DNA of 64,000 nt. Origin: Amoebophrya sp. A120. Taxonomy: Eukaryota > Protista > Dinoflagellata. Positions 58,549 to 64,000 of the stretch are shown here, piece after piece. The translations under genes and the position numbers were made by a program. The stretch's first letter is position 1, and the number at the start of each line of letters is the position of its first letter. The notes under the pieces are model-generated. The model did no database searches and was not told the origin of the DNA. It worked only from the letters and a program-made list of their open reading frames with translations. The stretch spans positions 1,774,331 through 1,838,330 of the forward strand of contig CAJINV010000007.1 in NCBI GenBank assembly GCA_905178155.1. Reading direction: 5' to 3'.

Positions 58549-59683
58549 TAAAGCATGTCATGGATGATTTTTATTTGAGAAGTGCTGCAGCTGTTGCGAC
58601 GTCCTTTCCATGCGCGTTCATTTTCGTGGCGTAGTTCAACGTCTGCCGCAACTCGTCACTCTTGAAGAAGATTCGTGGTGGTACTACTACTACAAACACA
58701 TTGTGACATCAGATGCGGTCCTCCCGCTCCCGCTGCTTGTGAGGCGGCTCTCCCCAAGCCGCCCCCGCTTGAGGATTGGCTCCTCGTCGTGCCCCCCTCC
58801 CGAGAACTGTAAGTAGGGGACGAGCTCTCCTTCACTTTGACTTTCCCGTTGTTAAAATTTTGTACAGAAGCCCCCGAAAGCGTTTTCTGGTATCTGATTC
58901 TGGTTCGTATAAATTTGACGAGAAATCATGCAATGAGTGTTGTCATCCCACGCACCACACTCCATTGAACAGGTAAAGGCCCTTAATATGGGCCTTTATT
59001 TGAAGCTGTTGAGCTGACTAGAAGCGCAGCACAAACATAAGCAACGCTATGAAGAAGGGTGCCGAAGAGTGAACCGTTTTTGTTTATACCATCTCCATTT
59101 TTTGTTTTTTCAGCTTTAAGATTAACATCAATCACAAATCAACATGAACAGACATGGTCTCTTTTGCAGTCTACTAAGTATAGCGAAGTTCAGTAAGTAT
59201 TTATGTCATCCATGTAGTATATCAATTTGCTCTGCTGTTATTTTATTCTGTTGTGTTTCACATGTAACATGAGCAGGAATCAATCAAGAACTAGAACACC
59301 TACTTCAACACATTTCATCTGACAATTGCTTTGATCGTAAAAACGTCCTCCGTCGGAAGAACAGGTCCGAGACAGGAAATCGAGCTCGTGTCACGAGAAC
59401 CCCGGCTACACTCTGGCACGCGATCACGATGCGTATTTGACATTCGCGACGCCGATATGCTTCAAATTCATCTCGGTCCATGATTCTCACAGAGCAATAT
59501 TCTTTTGTCGGTACTTCTAACTCTAGCAAATATTCGTGAGCAGTTCCTGACGTGCAAAAAGTGAATAAATAAGAAGTAAATTCATGAGACACGGTATAAT
59601 GTGCATCGATGATGATTCTCGTTGTATTTCTGGACAAGGCTTTTCCACCTTCTGTAAGTCAGTATCTATCTTCGTTGGTGAAT

Positions 59684-59722
59684 TTTCATCAAGATTTCTC
59701 GGCTTTCATCAAGATTTCTCGG
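59684..59722. repeat. Short tandem duplication
   Basis: tttcatcaagatttctcgg occurs twice with a 20-bp period. Confidence 0.8.
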
Positions 59723-59995
59723 TCTGAATGATCGTGATCTCCACTACACTTGGAAATATTTCGATTCATCCTCCAATCAGTTAACTTCGAAGATGATATT
59801 TCCCCACCTGGTGCTCTTTACGGGCTACTGACATCATTTTTTGTTTTTTACTTTCTCTTTTGCAAACTTCATTTGTTTCTTTTCAATTTGAATTTGCACG
59901 AACCGAAACGAGCATTACCCCATATTCCTTTGTGTGTTTGTATTTTTGATCTTGATTGTGATTGCATCTAATCCGCTTGCTATCCTGCCGACAAA

Positions 59996-62900
59996 ATGCC
60001 ACACGGTGGTGAGGAAATCGGAATCGAAATGGAGGAGGTTGTGCAGATATGCTACACAATTTTTCCGCTATCACCCTCAATGAATTTCAATCTCTCCCTC
60101 TTAAGTCGTTCTCCTCTGCTAATCCACCCCTTGCATCTTATGCATTGCATGAAACAAAATGACATCGAGATTTACATCTAGAAGGGTGATCGTAACAGGT
60201 TTGCATTGGATATTGGGAAAGCAGTCAGGTGGATGTCGAGGAGGATGATGTCGACAGAACTCAGGTTGCACAAGACCACACCATCACCAGCACCGCGAAG
60301 ACAGACGAGCAGTTGCCCAGCTCCTCCACACGACCTTCGATGGCCCAACGGGAGGGGAAACACCGGAGGCCCGTTTCCGGCATGCCTCCGCCGAAAGGAG
60401 CCGGCAAGAAGGGAGGTGCGGTGGGGAAAAAGGCGAAACCTCCACCGAAAATCGTCGATGAACCGGTGGACGACAGCGAGGAAGAAGAGGAGGACGAGAT
60501 ATCCAGGAGCAAAAAGCCTGCGTTTTAACTTTATTTTGTCAAGAAAAGTATAGCTGTAGAACTAGAACGAGAAATAGGCACACACTTTTTTGCAGCTATG
60601 ACAAAGGGCTGACGAATTCAATTCGTTCATCTTGGTTGCGGGTCATCATGACAGACGTGCTTATTCATATTGCTATTTGCAGGGGTACTAGGACTAGCCA
60701 TAGACATAGGTTGGGTTTCCACGAAGTAGCAGAACGTGCAAAAAAATAAATCGATCTCCACGACTCATGGTGTTGGTGGCCGCAACAGCGAGAGACTGTG
60801 TGAACATATGCATTTCCTGCGAGGTCATCGGCATGACAAGAACTACCTTGCCGGTAAGTATCTACTTCTCTACGACGCAGCCCCCTCTGTCTTCCAGGCT
60901 GCACGCAAATTATGAATACAAAGCTACGCCTAAAAGTAAAAATGCAGTAGTTTTTTGCCTGGATATCAAGACGACGGCGACTCCTGGTATTCGGAGAGCG
61001 AGGAGGGGCAAACCTGGGGCGAATGGATGTCCGAGACGAACGATTTCACGGGGTGGCGGCTTCTCAAGCGCGCCGGCTTTGCCGGGCTGGTTGGGATTTT
61101 GTTCGGTGTCCTGCTGGCAGTGGTGATCAAAAGTGCGGAAGAACCGGAGCAAATCAGCGGCGACCCGTGTCTATCCAGTCGTGCATCCAAAGTATCGTGC
61201 TCGTACGTCGTGAATTCATTGCAATATTTTTACGATGACATCAAACCTAGTTATTTCTTGTTAGCTGAATCGGTATGACAAGCCGTATTTTTCCTTCTGA
61301 GAAAAGTGGTAACGCAATTGATCCTAAGTACTAGCGCGATCATTATATTTTTGCAATGCATAGCACCCTGCGGACAGCACCGCCCCCGCACCGACACCTG
61401 CCGCCACGTCGCCGACACCGACACCTGCCGCCACGTCGCCGACGCCGACACCTGCCGCCACGTCGCCGACGCCGACACCTGCCGCCACGTCGCCGGCCCC
61501 TGCGCCAGTGACTGGCACCTGTCCGTACGTGGGCACGCAGCCCGCTTACGCCGTCATCGGTGTGACGGAGGATTGTACCGCTCGTGACGATATCACATGT
61601 TGCAAATTATATGTCGTCTGGGTCTGGTGCTGGAAGAGGAAGAAAAAGAGTCATGAATCATGCATCGTCTAGGACGGATAGATTCATAGCCTGGAACACA
61701 CGCAAAACATAAAAATTTCACCGCCTTTCTTGACAAGGCTTCTTGTCCTTAATGCCAACGACAACGTCGCCGCGTTGAGGAATATTAACTCGCTATTTGT
61801 GTAGCAAAATAAAGTGCACAGCGACAGCGTTTCTTGACGCTCATGCAAATAAGTATACAAGTTTTTATATAAATTTACTCTGTCTGCTCGAGTCTACTTA
61901 TTTACTTACTTGTTCCAGACTCAGCCTACATATTTGCGATGCATAGCCGAGATGTCCATCAAAGTGACGGAAGGCGCGGGCGAGGGCGTGGTGGTGACCC
62001 GCGAGCTGATCTTGGACGCGAATTGGCTCTGGGCGAGCACGAAGGACGCTGGCCAGAAAAACTGCTACGGTGGCAAGACCTGGGGCGGCACCGGATGCGA
62101 AAAGTGCAACCCCAAGGACTCGGTCGCGCCCGGCGGGCCGAACGCCGCAGACGAGGAATACTCGAAGGCGTGCGGGGAGCAGATGCAGGTGAACTATCCT
62201 ACCACGGCCCAGCTGAAGGACACCTACGGGCTCCACATGGACGCGGACAAAAAGGGGTTCACCATCGACTTCTACACGCAAACACAGTACGGCGCCACCG
62301 TCGGGGGCCGGTACTTCATCGGTGCGGGGGTGGGGAGTATGAAGTACAAGCTGTACAACCTGATGAACATGCAGTTCAGCTTCACCACCGACGTGTCTTC
62401 TCTGGAGTGCGGGTTGAATGGTGCGCTCTATTTCGTCAGCATGGAGGAAGACGGCGGCTACTCGAAGGGCAACCCGGGGGCGGACTACGGCAGCGGCTAC
62501 TGCTATGCAGCGGAAGATTTTTTTTTCTTTACTCGACACGACGTTGTGGCTGTACAGAAAAAGTGGCCGAAGTGCTGACTTGATGCAGCTTGGAGCATGA
62601 TCGGTCCGTGCTGCTGACCACGTCTTTTGTCTTTTCTAACTACAGGAGTCTGTCGCACCAGGGTATTAAGGATTAGAAATGAATTATTTTATCGAAGCAG
62701 CGATCGAATGCGAATGCCACAGAAAACGATAACTCGGTGCAACTTGCAGCACACAGAAAAAACTTAAACTTCTGATGTATCTATTTGTGCGTTGTGTGCG
62801 GTAAATTAAACTTTGTGCTGCATAAGTTCGACGCACAGTGCCCACACGATGTGAAGTACAACGAACTTCGGGCAACCGGGAAACATCAATTTTCCGACCG

Positions 62901-63758
62901 ACATGTCGAAATACGACGCGGCCGCAATCCAGAAGATCGCCGACAAATCGCCGAGTTTTTTTGGAAAAGTTGGTACTTCTGCGCCATAATGTATCTTCAA
63001 TACCTTGAATTTTTTGTTGATCGGTGCAGTACGGATGAGGAGGTAGTGTTGCGCCTTTCTGAAGCCAGGGTTGATTGGAGGCTTCGGCTTTCCTTCTCTC
63101 AGGCAACTCCCCGAGCTCGGCTGGTTCACAGCTAAGAAGGGTTTTGTTTCATCGAGCTCCGGTGGTGATAAGTTGAAACACTATTCACCAGCTATTTACA
63201 AGCAGGAACATAGATAGTACGTTTAAACAGTTACTCGCTCGCCTAAAGAAGCGAGCACCCGATTGAATTTTTTGTTGAATGATCTTGATCTTCATCTTCT
63301 CACTCGTCCAGCTTTTCTGTCGCAAGAAGTTTCGAATCGTTCACCTGTATTCTGTGTGCCCTATCATGCGCGGATTTATCAAACGTAGCAACTAAGTAGT
63401 ATTTTTTTTGCTCTGATAAGCTAGTTGTAGGGAAACAAATAAATATGAGCAAAAATTATAGTACTCGAATCTATTAGATTCGAGTACTATAATTTTAGAC
63501 TAACCGAGCGCTTGCTGCATTGGTTAGACTAACCGAGCGCGATAGACTAGAATCGCGCTTGGTTAGACTAACCGAGCGCGATAGACTGCATTGGTTAGAC
63601 TAGAATCGCGCTCGGTTAGACTAACCGAGCGCGATTACTACGCAGGCGCTTGCTGCCCCGAACTGGACATTTGGGAAGCCAACTCGAAAGCCCAAGCCTA
63701 CACGACTCATGCCTGCACGAACCACAAGCACACGCTGTGCTACGACGAGCGAACCTGT
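59996..63758 (+). CDS. Type II membrane-anchored glycoside hydrolase family 7 (cellobiohydrolase/endoglucanase), 3'-partial
   Basis: After removing 5 introners: charged N-terminus, TM helix (AGFAGLVGILFGVLLAVVI), PT linker, GH7 motifs LDANW, NCYGG.TW, FSFTTDVSSLECGLNGALYFVSM..DGG, YGSGYC|DAQCPHD. The catalytic exon ~63646-63758 reads GACCPELDIWEANSKAQAYTTHAC (ExDxxE) and is not in the ORF track. Exons between ~62860 and 63645 are unresolved; the gene continues past the window. Confidence 0.88.
60048..60212. mobile_element. Decayed introner, 165 bp
   Basis: TAT...ATA ends, inverted core atcaccct/agggtgat. Flanks unmatched (GCAGA/TTGGG), yet element+5 restores the frame (VVQ|ESSQVDV). Confidence 0.7.
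60500..60965. mobile_element. Introner, 466 bp
   Basis: TIR tatccagg(ag)caaaaa, decayed flanks (CGAGA/TCAAG), frame restored into an acidic run (EEDE|DDGDSWY). Confidence 0.82.
61172..61362. mobile_element. Introner, 191 bp (TGCAAAAGTATCG family, inverted orientation)
   Basis: The right end reads tatgcattgcaaaa on the - strand. Flanks GTGTC/GCACC. Frame restored (GDPCPADST). Confidence 0.82.
61391..61495 (+). repeat. 27-bp coding tandem repeat x4 (PTPAATSPT linker)
   Basis: ccgacacctgccgccacgtcgccgac(a/g) repeated four times. Confidence 0.92.
61591..61945. mobile_element. Introner, 355 bp (GTCTGGGTCTGG family)
   Basis: GACGA/GCCGA duplication, gtctgggtctgg / ccagactcag inverted cores, frame restored (CTARDEMSIKV). 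Confidence 0.87.
62504..62824. mobile_element. Introner, 321 bp
   Basis: TATGCAGC...GCTGCATA ends, flanks ACTGC/AGTTC. Removal restores the GH7 motif GYC|DAQCP. Confidence 0.9.
63452..63636. repeat. Cluster of palindromes and shuffled short modules (probably intronic)
   Basis: Perfect 22-bp-arm palindrome 63452-63496, four copies of ttagactaaccgagcgc, and a 16-bp-arm palindrome 63604-63636. Confidence 0.88.
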
Positions 63759-64000
63759 GTATAGAGATGAAAAAGGTGATCTTCCCGCGTGTTCTTATCC
63801 CTAAGAAAAATCGCGCCATACCATCGCGATTCGTGGGCTTTTTTTATTCTAGGCAAGGCCTGGCGTGTCTGAGGCTAACAAAAGCGCCACCGCCCAGGGC
63901 TATCCAAAGCCTTCGCCGCGCATCATCCAGAGGGTCGCGCTTTCGTGCTTAGCGCAGCCCCAGCTCATGCGCCAGGGAACGCTCTGCACACTGACAGAAT

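Noticed and set aside
62504-63176. GH7 as a truncated pseudogene lacking the catalytic motif
   Set aside because: The ELDIWE exon is present at ~63646-63758.
63495-63636. CRISPR-like array
   Set aside because: The intervening segments are short, themselves repeated and irregular; there are no cas genes and the context is eukaryotic.

Overview
Eukaryotic, intron-containing DNA with about 10 protein-coding genes, all on the + strand. They are: a 5'-partial gene with a MATH-like C-terminus, a PP2C phosphatase, an unknown protein, a coiled-coil/RA-like protein, a Tctex1-family dynein light chain, a putative secreted protein, a DBP2/DDX5 DEAD-box helicase, a ~5400-aa C2/CEP76-like/NHR-repeat protein, and two adjacent membrane-anchored glycoside hydrolases (GH8, then GH7 running off the window end). 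The dominant hidden structure is 18 elements of 150-3284 bp inserted in coding exons. Each starts and ends with TA (usually TAT...ATA) and has terminal inverted repeats (TIRs). Each sits between two 5-bp flanks that are a perfect duplication in 8 cases and partly to fully decayed in the rest. Removing the element plus 5 bp restores the reading frame in every case, so they behave as non-canonical, transposon-derived introns (introners). This, together with the unidirectional gene order, suggests the parasitic dinoflagellate Amoebophrya (inference). Decayed duplications let the splice register be inferred, and that register suggests the GTAT-type canonical introns arise from the same elements. 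All coordinates were counted by hand; no searches were run.
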